Shown in pieces: positions 10,272-19,640 of a stretch of DNA of 64,000 nt. The stretch is from an uncultured Candidatus Saccharibacteria bacterium (GTDB lineage: Bacteria; Patescibacteriota; Minisyncoccia; Phycocordibacterales; PALSA-1337): NCBI GenBank assembly GCA_964403205.1, contig CAYOER010000001.1:14037-78036 (forward strand), given 5' to 3'. The position numbers and the translations under genes were made by a program. The notes under the pieces were generated by a model that was not told the origin of the DNA, did no database searches, and saw nothing but the letters and a program-made list of their open reading frames with translations. Numbering within the stretch: the stretch's first letter is position 1; every line of letters begins with the position of its first letter.

Positions 10272-10754
10272 TTAAAGTATTTTATTAATTTCATTAAAAT
10301 AATCTTTACTTAATCTATGTCCTGTATTAGGTACAATAATATCTCCTGATTCATTTTCTTTATCACCATACATTATTGTCTGTTTATTCGCTAGATGTAT
10401 TGGATTGATATTTTTAATTATATCATTTACAAACTTTAAACCAGTTATATTTATTAGTTCTTTTATCATTTTCTTATCTTTCCAATAATAATATGGTGTC
10501 ATAGAAGCTAATATTATGTGTTTACATTCATAATTCTGTGCTATTAACCATGCCAAAACTGCACCTAATGAAAAACCGATAATTATGGCATCTTTAGATA
10601 CAGGAAAAATCTGTGATGATAGTTCTTTATTCCAATCTACATTTTTATGTACCACTTCATAGCCCTTTTTTTCAGCAATTTCTGCTAGTAGTTGATATGG
10701 TTTACGTTTACAGGTTTCTTCCCATCCTGGTATGATATATATGATTTTTTTCAT
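10272..10754 (-). CDS. small alpha/beta-hydrolase-fold serine hydrolase (GxSxG esterase-like)
   Basis: Nucleophile elbow GFSLGA and a ~160-aa alpha/beta pattern with a C-terminal His (NTGHRL). Confidence 0.5.
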   Translation of the reverse strand: MKKIIYIIPGWEETCKRKPYQLLAEIAEKKGYEVVHKNVDWNKELSSQIFPVSKDAIIIGFSLGAVLAWLIAQNYECKHIILASMTPYYYWKDKKMIKELINITGLKFVNDIIKNINPIHLANKQTIMYGDKENESGDIIVPNTGHRLSKDYFNEINKIL

Positions 10755-10832
10755 AATGATTATTAATACTTTAAATAAAATAAAGAACGGGTAGAGATTT
10801 GTCGTCCTACCCGTTCACACCTTCTTTGGCGC

Positions 10833-11072
10833 CTAATTGAATTCACCGCCTTTGACGCCATTGACGAACGCTTTCCATTCGTCATGGCTAAAGAACAATG
10901 TCCGCTTTCTGCGGTCTTTGCTATCTCGGACAGCAACGCCCTCGAGCTTGGTCGCAACCAACACGCAGGTCTTCGGATTGTTTTTTGACCAGGAAGATTT
11001 GGTAAAATCCTGATCATCGACATCGAAACGACCATCATTTTCTGCACTGGTAGTGGAGTTTTTCTTTTTCAT
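10833..11072 (-). CDS. DUF397-domain protein (an actinobacterial-type small domain), solitary, in a G+C-rich islet
   Basis: FTKSSWSKNNPKTCVLVA...VAVRDSKDRRKRTLFFSHDEWKAFVNGVKGGEFN matches the DUF397 pattern (KSS-S..CVEVA ... VRDSKDP.GP.L.F....W.AF...VK.G.FD). Local G+C is around 50% against a backbone of about 30%. Confidence 0.65.
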   Translation of the reverse strand: MKKKNSTTSAENDGRFDVDDQDFTKSSWSKNNPKTCVLVATKLEGVAVRDSKDRRKRTLFFSHDEWKAFVNGVKGGEFN

Positions 11073-11223
11073 TCTATCTAGCTGTTTGTGTTGTTAGGTT
11101 GAGTCACCATGACTCATCTATAAATATTATATCCTAATAATTAAACATTCGTCAATATAATGAATGTTTAGACGAGTTGTGGTATTGAAAATAAGTGGAG
11201 AAGGGGGTAGGATAGAATAATAT

Positions 11224-11715
11224 ATGAAAATAACTGAGTTTTATAAAGGATACAGTCAAACAGAATATATTCTTGAATATCATGATGCGGATAATTTCGA
11301 TAATCTTGAATATGATAAATGTAAACAGTCTTATGGAATATGTTTCTATAATGGATTACTTGTTATTGGATTTGGTGGTAAAAAGAAAACATGGGGGCCA
11401 ATAGGTGGCACTATTGAGAAGGGAGAAACTTATGAAGAGACATTAATACGTGAAGTAAAAGAAGAATCAAATATGAAAGTTCTTTCCTATAAACCTATTG
11501 GTTATCAAAAGGTAATTGATGTTAAGGAAAATAGCTTTATATATCAGCTTAGATATGCATGTATTGTAGAACCATTTGGACCATTTATATCTGATCCAGC
11601 TATGGGAGTGAGTGAAATAAAACTTATTAATCCAAATGAATATAAAAAGTATTTTGATTGGAGACAGATTGGAGATCGACTTATAGATAGGGCTAGGGGG
11701 ATAATGAAAGTTTGA
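11224..11715 (+). CDS. NUDIX hydrolase
   Basis: Nudix box GGTIEKGETYEETLIREVKEESN (G-x5-E-x7-REVxEE). Confidence 0.7.
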   Translation: MKITEFYKGYSQTEYILEYHDADNFDNLEYDKCKQSYGICFYNGLLVIGFGGKKKTWGPIGGTIEKGETYEETLIREVKEESNMKVLSYKPIGYQKVIDVKENSFIYQLRYACIVEPFGPFISDPAMGVSEIKLINPNEYKKYFDWRQIGDRLIDRARGIMKV

Positions 11716-11743
11716 TATTTGTATATTTGCTGTCTTTTAATTA

Positions 11744-11782
11744 AAAACCCCCACAGCGATTAGAACGCTTGTGGGGGGTTTT
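11744..11782. terminator. rho-independent terminator (probably bidirectional)
   Basis: cccccacagcg-attagaa-cgcttgtgggggg followed by tttt; an A-run precedes it on the + strand. Confidence 0.7.
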
Positions 11783-11800
11783 AGACTGAAGCACTACGCT

Positions 11801-12025
11801 TTAGTCTCGTTCGTTTGTAGTGTAGAGCAACCTATTTCCGGTAAAGGGAATCTTTTCTGAAGATACCACTTCTCCGGAGAAGTCCACTTCAATTATTCGA
11901 GGTGGAGGCCATAGTGGTTTGACCATTGCTTCACATGGGGGTGGTGCCCCATCAACCACTTGATGCATTTGATTGAACCACCACTGTGCTCCAGCAAACC
12001 GTTTTCTCCGCACACATTTATTCAT
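11801..12025 (-). CDS. hypothetical small Pro/Trp-rich protein in a G+C-elevated segment (start chosen at an internal Met, MNKCVRR)
   Basis: An ORF in a locally G+C-rich segment between the terminator and the YqeY gene. No recognisable domain, so it could be non-coding. Confidence 0.25.
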   Translation of the reverse strand: MNKCVRRKRFAGAQWWFNQMHQVVDGAPPPCEAMVKPLWPPPRIIEVDFSGEVVSSEKIPFTGNRLLYTTNERD

Positions 12026-12080
12026 TGTGTCCCTTTTGGTTTGGATTATACGACATGCTTTACTAACTAATAGTATTATA

Positions 12081-12533
12081 TCACCTATTGACAATCTCGT
12101 CAACTACTTGTTTAACATCGTTACCATCTGCTTTACCTTTTAGCTCTTTCATTAGCATACCTATGAATTGCCCCACTTTTGTCTTATCTATTGCTCCTGT
12201 TTTCTTTATCTTTTCTTTTACAATTTTTTCTATTTCCTTTTTACTCATTGTGGCTGGTAGGAATTCTTCTAGAATTTTCAACTCCAATTTTTCTTGTTTT
12301 GCTAGATCATCTCTGCCACCTTTTTCGAATTGCTCAATAGAATCTTTTCTTTGCTTTACACTCCTTTTTATAAGAGTTATAACATCTTCATCTTTAAGTA
12401 ATGGATCATTTATACCTTTTGCAATTAATTCATTGCTAAAAAGAGCTTGGAGTCCACGTAGAACCTCTAGACGTACACTATCTCTAGCACGCATTGCTTC
12501 TTTTGTTTGGTTTTTTATATTTTCATGCATCAT
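12081..12533 (-). CDS. yqeY: GatB/YqeY-domain protein
   Basis: Whole-length similarity to the YqeY pattern (NIKNQTKEAMRARD..RLEVLRGL...IKRSVKQRKDSIEQF...ELKILEEFLP). Confidence 0.7.
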   Translation of the reverse strand: MMHENIKNQTKEAMRARDSVRLEVLRGLQALFSNELIAKGINDPLLKDEDVITLIKRSVKQRKDSIEQFEKGGRDDLAKQEKLELKILEEFLPATMSKKEIEKIVKEKIKKTGAIDKTKVGQFIGMLMKELKGKADGNDVKQVVDEIVNR

Positions 12534-12541
12534 ATTTATAT

Positions 12542-12589
12542 TGGTTTTATATTATTATTTTTGCTATATTATAGCATATGGAAATATTA
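12542..12589 (+). repeat. copy A of a ~48-bp direct repeat (tggttttatatt..ttg[c/a]tatattatagcatATGgaaatatta) immediately upstream of the glycan cluster
   Basis: An identical 25-mer, tatattatagcatatggaaatatta, at 12565-12589 and 19663-19687; the flanking ~20 nt are also near-identical. It contains a -10-like tatatt/tattat and ends in ATG GAA ATA TTA. Confidence 0.7.
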
Positions 12590-12660
12590 AATAAATCATT
12601 ATTAATATATTTAATAGAAACATATTGTTGTTCAAATGATAACATATACTATAAGTAATT

Positions 12661-13428
12661 ATGCAGACTCAATCTTCAGACAACTCGCTTCAGGAAATCA
12701 TCAATACACTATCGAAAAACAATAATGTCGATGCTTTGCTTTTGTGCGGTTCGACTGCGACAGAAACACAAACAAAAAGTAGTGATTATGATCTAGTCTT
12801 AGTCGTAAAGGAAAAACCTGAAAAGTTATTGTCGTTATTTACATATATAAATGCCATGCCTGCTGATATATTTTTTTACTCATTAACTGATATAAAGAAT
12901 ATTATCTTAAATAAGCAGGTAAAAGAAGGTGGTGAGACATGGCTTATGCACTGGCTTTTAAAAGGAAAAATTTCATTTGATAAATCTGGAGATTTGACAA
13001 AGTTACAGAGTATAATCTCAGAAATTCAATTTCCACCAGATATTTTTGCAGGAGCATCTGCTTACAAGATCAATTATAATTTGATCAATAATACTAGATA
13101 TTTTGAATCAAACGATCCATTATATCATTTATCTCTTGAGATTCGATTGTTATATTCCATTACCGAGACCCTAGTCGGATATTTCTCAATGCGCCATATT
13201 TATTGGGAAGGTGAGAAGAAAGCGATTCAATATTTAGAAAATAATGATTCTGAATATCTTTCAATTTTTCAAAAGACTATTAGAGCATCTAATCTACAGG
13301 ATAAATTCGCAACCTATCGAGATCTTGTGGAGAAATCTTTTACGAGTGAATATCCAAAATGGGACAAAAATGTTGTTGTGAGTATCGAGGGTGATTTTGG
13401 ATCATTTTGGAAGAAAATATTATATTAA
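12661..13428 (+). CDS. nucleotidyltransferase-fold protein (ANT/KNTase-like minimal NTase with a helical C-domain)
   Basis: LLCGSTATETQTKSSDYDLVLVV (GS-x10-DxD). Confidence 0.5.
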   Translation: MQTQSSDNSLQEIINTLSKNNNVDALLLCGSTATETQTKSSDYDLVLVVKEKPEKLLSLFTYINAMPADIFFYSLTDIKNIILNKQVKEGGETWLMHWLLKGKISFDKSGDLTKLQSIISEIQFPPDIFAGASAYKINYNLINNTRYFESNDPLYHLSLEIRLLYSITETLVGYFSMRHIYWEGEKKAIQYLENNDSEYLSIFQKTIRASNLQDKFATYRDLVEKSFTSEYPKWDKNVVVSIEGDFGSFWKKILY

Positions 13429-13432
13429 TAAT

Positions 13433-14713
13433 ATGGAAAAACATTTAGTGATAGCGACATATGATGGAATTGGTACGTATTATTCAGGGGTAGGTACTAT
13501 TGCAAAAAATATTGTAAATGCTCTTGATGGATTATCTAATGATTTGAAACTTAGAGTTAGTATTGCGTATGTGAATGTAGATAAAGAATCTAGAGTATTC
13601 AATAAACAATGTTTCGATTTGGCTTCAAAATTAGTTTCTAAAACTGATGGATATATGATACCGCTATGCAATACGACTAAAGGTCAAAGTGAATGGGATA
13701 TGTGGAGGAGTTTTGATGAGTGGAATTATACTTGTGTCTCATTGGTTACTTCTCTGAATTTGATTTTGAATCCGAATGATGAAAATTATATTATCCTAAA
13801 TGATACCCCGTTTTTATTTTTTGCTAAATATAGAGAGTTAATAAATGATAAAAATGCTAAATATTTTTATTTTCCATTAAGTACCGGTAAGAATCATGCT
13901 TTTGGAAATCAAGACTGGAGAAATAACCGTATTAAAGCAGAACAGAAATGTTTCGACTTGGTCTTAAAAGACCGCAACTCGAAAGTTATTGCTTTAGGGG
14001 AAAGGTTTGCGAAAAGATTGTCCAATGACTACGGGTTATCTTTTGAGGATGATGATTTTTTGCGTAATGGTCTATGTTTCGATAAATATTCGGATTTTTT
14101 AGACAAGGCATTTACGAATCAAGATTTAAAGAAGTTTGGTATAGAGATTGAAAAAGACAAAAAATTAATTTTTGCTTGGGGCCGTTGTTCTGTTGCAAAA
14201 GGTTTTAAAGAACTTGCAATAGCGTGGGTGAAAGTACACGAACAATTACCTAATCACTATCTTATTTTACAGATGCCGAATAATTCTGGTGAGTCGGATT
14301 ACTTTAGAGTGGTTCAGGATATCCTAGCAAAGACCTCGAGGTATGTGATTATAGATGATTTTAATCCAGAAATTTGGAAGACAATACTAAGGACAAAAAC
14401 TACTGATATGGTATGTGTACCCTCAATTATGGATCCATTTCCACACACATCGATTGAAGCAAAACTTTTTTCGGATGGTATGAACTATATAACCATCATT
14501 AGTGATGTGGATGGTGCCGTTGACGCCTTTAATGCTAATGAGGCTATCTATGTTGACCCGAGAAACTCAGGGTTATTCGTAGAAAAAATATTTGAAATTG
14601 CTAATATGAATTCTGAACAGAGGAGGAGAATTATAGACAGAAATAAGGAAACCATTAACAAGTTTAATTTTTCTAAAACTTTTGAAAACTTTATCAGGGT
14701 AAATATTCTATAA
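13433..14713 (+). CDS. GT-B glycosyltransferase (GT4-like)
   Basis: The C-terminal VCVPSIMDPFPHTSIEAKLFSDGMNYITI resembles the GT4 E-x7-E / PS..E.FG...EA motif region; ~430 aa with two Rossmann-like halves. The start is set at MEKHLVIATYDG. Confidence 0.45.
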   Translation: MEKHLVIATYDGIGTYYSGVGTIAKNIVNALDGLSNDLKLRVSIAYVNVDKESRVFNKQCFDLASKLVSKTDGYMIPLCNTTKGQSEWDMWRSFDEWNYTCVSLVTSLNLILNPNDENYIILNDTPFLFFAKYRELINDKNAKYFYFPLSTGKNHAFGNQDWRNNRIKAEQKCFDLVLKDRNSKVIALGERFAKRLSNDYGLSFEDDDFLRNGLCFDKYSDFLDKAFTNQDLKKFGIEIEKDKKLIFAWGRCSVAKGFKELAIAWVKVHEQLPNHYLILQMPNNSGESDYFRVVQDILAKTSRYVIIDDFNPEIWKTILRTKTTDMVCVPSIMDPFPHTSIEAKLFSDGMNYITIISDVDGAVDAFNANEAIYVDPRNSGLFVEKIFEIANMNSEQRRRIIDRNKETINKFNFSKTFENFIRVNIL

Positions 14714-14731
14714 TCTAAAATTATAAATAAG

Positions 14732-15502
14732 ATGATATTTAGATGGTCAATTTGGGGTAATAATAAATCAAAAAATCTTGAGTTGTTAAGGTATAGCATT
14801 CTTTCCTTTAGGAAACAATTTGGTGAAAATCATAGCTATTTATTATATACAGATTCTTCAGGAGAATTGGCGAATGAGTTTAGTAATATTGTTCAGGTAT
14901 TAGATTTCAATTCTACTAATAAAGACATATATAATATACAATCCAAAGCTACTTGGATGAAATGGTGTCCGACAGCAAGAATCGATATTAGTCAAACAGA
15001 ATTTTATGTAGACTCAGATGTGTTTCTCCTCAAATATCCAGTAGAAGTTGACGAATTTCTAAATAATTTAAAAATGAAGTTTGGGATTATGGATGAGTAT
15101 TACGGTCAATCTTGGCAACATGGTGCCATGCAAAGAAAATCATATAGTGATACGCCATTTGCAAATGCCGGTTTCTTTGTTCAAAAAGCAGGTTTCAGTA
15201 TTTCCGAGGATTTATTAAGAGAGTTAGATTGGTGGAAGAAAAATATACCAGAAGATCAACAAACACACCACGATGAACAGGGGGCTTTAGCTATTGCGTT
15301 AACTAAGTATTTAAGAAATGATGAATTATATATTTTTCCGAAAGACAAATACATGCTAATTGGTCCAAACGAAAACAAGGATATAAAGAATCTAGAAAAT
15401 GTAACTCTGTTTCATGCGGTCTATCCAGATCACCCTGCTTTCTATAATTTTAAAAGTTTTCTCGATAAGATCTTGAGAAATAACAATGGTTTAATACAGT
15501 GA
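14732..15502 (+). CDS. putative GT-A-fold glycosyltransferase (DxD motif)
   Basis: A YVDSDVFLL DxD-type motif in a ~250-aa protein, in a glycosyltransferase neighbourhood. Confidence 0.3.
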   Translation: MIFRWSIWGNNKSKNLELLRYSILSFRKQFGENHSYLLYTDSSGELANEFSNIVQVLDFNSTNKDIYNIQSKATWMKWCPTARIDISQTEFYVDSDVFLLKYPVEVDEFLNNLKMKFGIMDEYYGQSWQHGAMQRKSYSDTPFANAGFFVQKAGFSISEDLLRELDWWKKNIPEDQQTHHDEQGALAIALTKYLRNDELYIFPKDKYMLIGPNENKDIKNLENVTLFHAVYPDHPAFYNFKSFLDKILRNNNGLIQ

Positions 15503-17220
15503 ATGACTTTATGAAAAAAATAAATAATAATAATAAAAATACGATAGCAATCCTTATGACCGTTAGAGACGAGGAATCATATATTGATTTTAATATTTCA
15601 TATCATCTTGATCTTGGCTTTGACTATATATTTATAGCTAACCATTGTTCTACTGATAACACGAATAAGATACTGGAGTCTTACAAAAATGATTCGAGAA
15701 TCATAGTGATAGAAGAAAAAGACCCTGTTTTTGATCATGCAAAGATTGCTAACAAATTACTCAACTGTGCTAACTCAAATTACAAGATAGATTGGTTCAT
15801 CTTTCTAGATGCAGATGAGTTCCTTTCAATAAAAGATAAATTCATACACGATTTTGTGAACAGGTTAGAAACCAATGGAATCCCTTACGCGACTATTGGT
15901 TGGGCAAATGCACTCTTTGACCATACGCTTACTGACTATACTTGTGCACCATCAAATCCGATAGATACGATGAAATATTACTATCCTTGGTCAGAGAGAG
16001 ATTGGCAAGAGTTTGGCCACTTTAGAAAAGCTATTGTCAAGAATCATAAGAATATGGAAATAGTTGTTGGAGGGCACTATGTAGAGACGGGGAATAACAG
16101 AGAATTCTTTGGCGAGTATCATTGGAACCCATTCATTATTCCTAGAGATGAGGCTAGATTATTGCATTTTGAATTTAGAGACAAAGCAGATGTTATATAT
16201 AAAAAATGGGAGAAACTAGCATCGTTTGAAAATGATTCCACTTCCACTCCTAGTTCACCGTGGCTTGAAAGGATACAGACCATTAGAAAATATGTTAAGG
16301 ATTTCAAAGATAATACAGAAGAGATTAACAAGAGGTGGTTTTGCGAACATAGAACATTTTGGGGGACAATAATACCCAAGAACAGGATAGTACTCGATAT
16401 CACAATGGCCGTCTGGTATCAAAAATATTTTAGGAGAAAGTTAGAAAGTGGTAAGGTAAAGTCAGTCTGCTTGATTCGTAATGGTCATCTTGGTGATGTT
16501 ATTATGTCGGAACCAATTGCGCGATTTCTATCTAATTATGTCGATAAGGTCTGTCTGGCTACAGAAGTCGAATATGCAGGATTATTATTCCATTCTTACG
16601 ACAAGATTTATAAATACAATCAAATCAATTCCGGAGAGATCGATTGTGATATGACGATCAGATTGATCTATGAGCTTAGTGACAATAAAAAATCATACAT
16701 ACAGGGATATATGGAGTCAATTGGTTTCGGAGAAATTATTAATAAAGAGATCCCTATAATTAATAGCGACTGGGATAATATTATTGGAGAGGAATATATA
16801 CTTGTAGCTCCATTCACGAGTCCTTGGGAGGAGGAGAAAAGAAATTGGGGGTATAATAAGTTTGTTGAACTATCGAAATTATTAGAATCTGAATATAAGG
16901 TTAAATGTATAATCTTAGAGAAACACCATTCATTCAAGGAAATGATGTCTCTCATTAAACATTGTAAATTTATTGTTGGAAACGATTCTGCTCCCACGAT
17001 AATTGCTCAGAGCCTTAAGAAACAGTCTTTTATCGTTTTTGGGGCTACTCTGCCAGATTATATACATATGTTAGAATGTACTGTACCTATTTATGATAAG
17101 AATAGACATAAACTTTGCAAACATAAATCAAGACAGGAAGAGATAGATTGTTGCGAAGAGTTTTGTATGGATAGGGTAAGAGTTAGTGATGTCTTTAATC
17201 AGATTAAATCAAACATATGA
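15499..17220 (+). CDS. bifunctional glycosyltransferase: N-terminal GT2/GT-A domain fused to a C-terminal GT9 (heptosyltransferase-like) domain
   Basis: N-terminal IAILMTVRDEESYI...FIANHCSTDNT and FLDADEF (DxD). The C-terminal half begins LIRNGHLGDVIMSEPIARFL, like the GT9 R-x-GA-x-GD-x-L-x-P motif. Confidence 0.5.
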   Translation: MNDFMKKINNNNKNTIAILMTVRDEESYIDFNISYHLDLGFDYIFIANHCSTDNTNKILESYKNDSRIIVIEEKDPVFDHAKIANKLLNCANSNYKIDWFIFLDADEFLSIKDKFIHDFVNRLETNGIPYATIGWANALFDHTLTDYTCAPSNPIDTMKYYYPWSERDWQEFGHFRKAIVKNHKNMEIVVGGHYVETGNNREFFGEYHWNPFIIPRDEARLLHFEFRDKADVIYKKWEKLASFENDSTSTPSSPWLERIQTIRKYVKDFKDNTEEINKRWFCEHRTFWGTIIPKNRIVLDITMAVWYQKYFRRKLESGKVKSVCLIRNGHLGDVIMSEPIARFLSNYVDKVCLATEVEYAGLLFHSYDKIYKYNQINSGEIDCDMTIRLIYELSDNKKSYIQGYMESIGFGEIINKEIPIINSDWDNIIGEEYILVAPFTSPWEEEKRNWGYNKFVELSKLLESEYKVKCIILEKHHSFKEMMSLIKHCKFIVGNDSAPTIIAQSLKKQSFIVFGATLPDYIHMLECTVPIYDKNRHKLCKHKSRQEEIDCCEEFCMDRVRVSDVFNQIKSNI

Positions 17221-18251
17221 ATGAACAGAAACTAGAAATTAAATTATCGTTTATAACTGGCCTTAAGGATATTGTCTTAGACGAAATAAGTAAACAAGTT
17301 AATTTTCAGGTTCTTCGTGAATATGGAGATTCTTTATACCTTAGTTATGTGGAGGATCTTAGTATTATTAAACGTCTTAGAAGTGTTGCTAGGGCTTATG
17401 TGATAGTTCATGATCCTAAATATAACCCCCTTTATATTTTCAACCACAAATCTATTTTAGGAAGCCTTGTTAAAACAGTAATTGATAATAAAGGTCAAGA
17501 CACCTTTAAGACATTTAAAGTAACATGTGCTGGTTCTGATTCTAAAGAAGTTAATGATATCAATCGATATCTAAATAATACATATGACTTGATTGAAAAA
17601 GAGGAAGCGGATATTAAGATACATATAATTAAATTGGAAGATATCTGGGAGGTAGGTGTTCAAATTACCTCAAAGCCTCTATCTGTTAGGGATTATAAGA
17701 TTAAAAATATGAGAGGAGCCATGGACCCGACCATAGCATACGCAGTTAATTCCTTATGCGGATTAGATAAGGCAAATTCCTATCTGAATGTTTTTTCTGG
17801 AAGTGCAACTCTGCTTATCGAGGCGGCTCAGTGTTATTCTAAGCTGGAGACCTTAGTAGGTTTTGATAATAATAAAAAACATATTTCTCTGGCTATACAA
17901 AATATAAAGAAGGCCGGATTGATAAAAAAGATACAACTCAAGGAAATTGATATATTTGACAAACCAAACACCGGAAAATTTGATGCAATTACATCAGATT
18001 TACCTTTTGGTATGTCTATATCTAAAAATGAGGATTTGGGGAAATTATATAGACAGTTTGTTGAATATTGTCAGGACGTTTTAACTCCCTATGGTAATAT
18101 GGTTGTTTATACGAGCGAATACGAGATTTTTGGAAAAGCTCTTCTTGGATCAGAATTTAGGATTATAAAACAACTAGAGCTTAGATTTATTACTTCAGTA
18201 AATGCATATCTTCGTCCAAAAATCTTTGTATGCGAGTTAAGGCAAAACTAG
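17217..18251 (+). CDS. SAM-dependent methyltransferase of the THUMP-associated/UPF0020 (m2G/m6A, DPPY-type) family
   Basis: Motif I NVFSGSATLLIEAA (compare DPMCGSGT.LIEAA) and motif IV ITSDLPFG (a DPPYG variant). Confidence 0.5.
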   Translation: MNEQKLEIKLSFITGLKDIVLDEISKQVNFQVLREYGDSLYLSYVEDLSIIKRLRSVARAYVIVHDPKYNPLYIFNHKSILGSLVKTVIDNKGQDTFKTFKVTCAGSDSKEVNDINRYLNNTYDLIEKEEADIKIHIIKLEDIWEVGVQITSKPLSVRDYKIKNMRGAMDPTIAYAVNSLCGLDKANSYLNVFSGSATLLIEAAQCYSKLETLVGFDNNKKHISLAIQNIKKAGLIKKIQLKEIDIFDKPNTGKFDAITSDLPFGMSISKNEDLGKLYRQFVEYCQDVLTPYGNMVVYTSEYEIFGKALLGSEFRIIKQLELRFITSVNAYLRPKIFVCELRQN

Positions 18252-18282
18252 ACCGAAAGTCATTTCGCACAATTATATAATC

Positions 18283-19041
18283 ATGAAAGAGTTTGACTTA
18301 AAGAAATATATAAGGAAATACAAAAATGCCAATGTCGATTTCCTTCGATTTCCCGGTAATTATGGGGATTCTCTTATTTGGCACGGAACAAAGAAACTTT
18401 TATTATCTCTAAATATTTCGGAGCATTGTGTAGATATTTTCTCACCAAAATATAATGATGTGCTGTTTATTGATGGTGGCGGTAATCTCGTTGACCATTA
18501 TTCTGATATTAGGAATTTCCTGATTAAAAAACCAGCTTTGTATAAAGAGGTTGTTGTACTTCCACATACAATATTTGGTGAAAAACAGGTGGAAATTCTG
18601 AATAATGTCTCAAGCAAATTGACAATCTTTTGTCGGGAGAAAATTTCTGCAAAATTCTTAGAGGATAAACTAATACAAGCCGAAATATATCTGTGGCATG
18701 ACTGTGCGTTTTATAATAAGTTTGTTCAGGTACCTGAGGGAAATCGTGTTATGAATGTATTTCGTTCAGATATCGAATCATTATTAAACATACAGCCGGA
18801 GTCTAATAATGATTTATCGTGTAATGGATATGCCACTAAACCGCTTGATGAGTTAATCGAGATTTTACAAAAATGTGTACAAGTTAATACCGATAGATTG
18901 CATATAGCTATTGCTGCAACATTATTAGGGAAGAAGGTGAAGCTATTTCCTAATTCATATTATAAGAACAAGGCAGTTTTTGAATATTCTCTCAAGAAGT
19001 TTTCTAATGTAAATTTCATCGAGGATTTTAATGATCAATAA
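18283..19041 (+). CDS. polysaccharide pyruvyl transferase-like protein
   Basis: The N-terminal FPGNYGDSLIWHGTKKLL and FIDGGGNL resemble the PS_pyruv_trans G-x-x-GNxGD / GGG pattern. Confidence 0.4.
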   Translation: MKEFDLKKYIRKYKNANVDFLRFPGNYGDSLIWHGTKKLLLSLNISEHCVDIFSPKYNDVLFIDGGGNLVDHYSDIRNFLIKKPALYKEVVVLPHTIFGEKQVEILNNVSSKLTIFCREKISAKFLEDKLIQAEIYLWHDCAFYNKFVQVPEGNRVMNVFRSDIESLLNIQPESNNDLSCNGYATKPLDELIEILQKCVQVNTDRLHIAIAATLLGKKVKLFPNSYYKNKAVFEYSLKKFSNVNFIEDFNDQ

Positions 19042-19621
19042 TATGTATAATTTAAAGGTAATATCGAATATATTCTCAGATGTTCTCGGTGGTATATCAA
19101 CCAATTTTGAATCTAGGGATCAGTTAAGTCAACTGGTAAGATTGAATATGGAAACAAATTTAGAACTATGGGGTCTTGAAGATTCAGCAAGGATGACAGA
19201 GCTTGGTTCGGATCATGTAGCTAAGACTAAGCAGGAAATCGATAAAAATAATCAAATCAGAAATGATCTGATAAGAGAGATGGATATCGAGATTGCAAAA
19301 CAAATAGATATTTCACATAGCTTTCAAGAACAGTTTTATAGTGAAAGCCCAGGCATGATCATCGATAGACTTTCAATCATGTTTATTAAACTGGCAGTTA
19401 TTCATAGTTTATTGCTGGTGATTAAAGAGAAGGATTTACAGGAAGAGTATAAAGAAAAAGAAAATATAATGCTAAAGCAGATAGATCTTGTCGGTCAATT
19501 TTTAGATGCTTATTTTGCAAAACTTGAGCGCAAGGAGATTTTCTATGAAGTTCAACCAGCAATAAAGATTTATAATGATGAAAGGATTAGAAAATATATT
19601 AAAAATCAACACAATATATAA
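19031..19621 (+). CDS. DUF4254-like protein (a family often next to GT9 heptosyltransferases)
   Basis: LELWGLEDSAR ... KQEIDKNNQIRNDLIREMD resembles the DUF4254 W-H-L-ED..R ... KRRID.SNQ.R.DLVE.ID pattern (from memory). Confidence 0.4.
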   Translation: MINNMYNLKVISNIFSDVLGGISTNFESRDQLSQLVRLNMETNLELWGLEDSARMTELGSDHVAKTKQEIDKNNQIRNDLIREMDIEIAKQIDISHSFQEQFYSESPGMIIDRLSIMFIKLAVIHSLLLVIKEKDLQEEYKEKENIMLKQIDLVGQFLDAYFAKLERKEIFYEVQPAIKIYNDERIRKYIKNQHNI

Positions 19622-19640
19622 CTTAAATCATTCAGTATCA

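Noticed and set aside
10763-11047. Alternative-frame 94-aa ORF overlapping the DUF397 gene
   Set aside because: The other frame (10833-11072) carries an unmistakable DUF397 motif series; this frame has an Arg/Ser-rich composition typical of off-frame reads in GC-rich DNA.
12088-12594. A 168-aa plus-strand ORF antisense to yqeY
   Set aside because: Low-complexity Ser/Phe/Ile-rich translation; the opposite strand encodes a recognisable GatB/YqeY protein.
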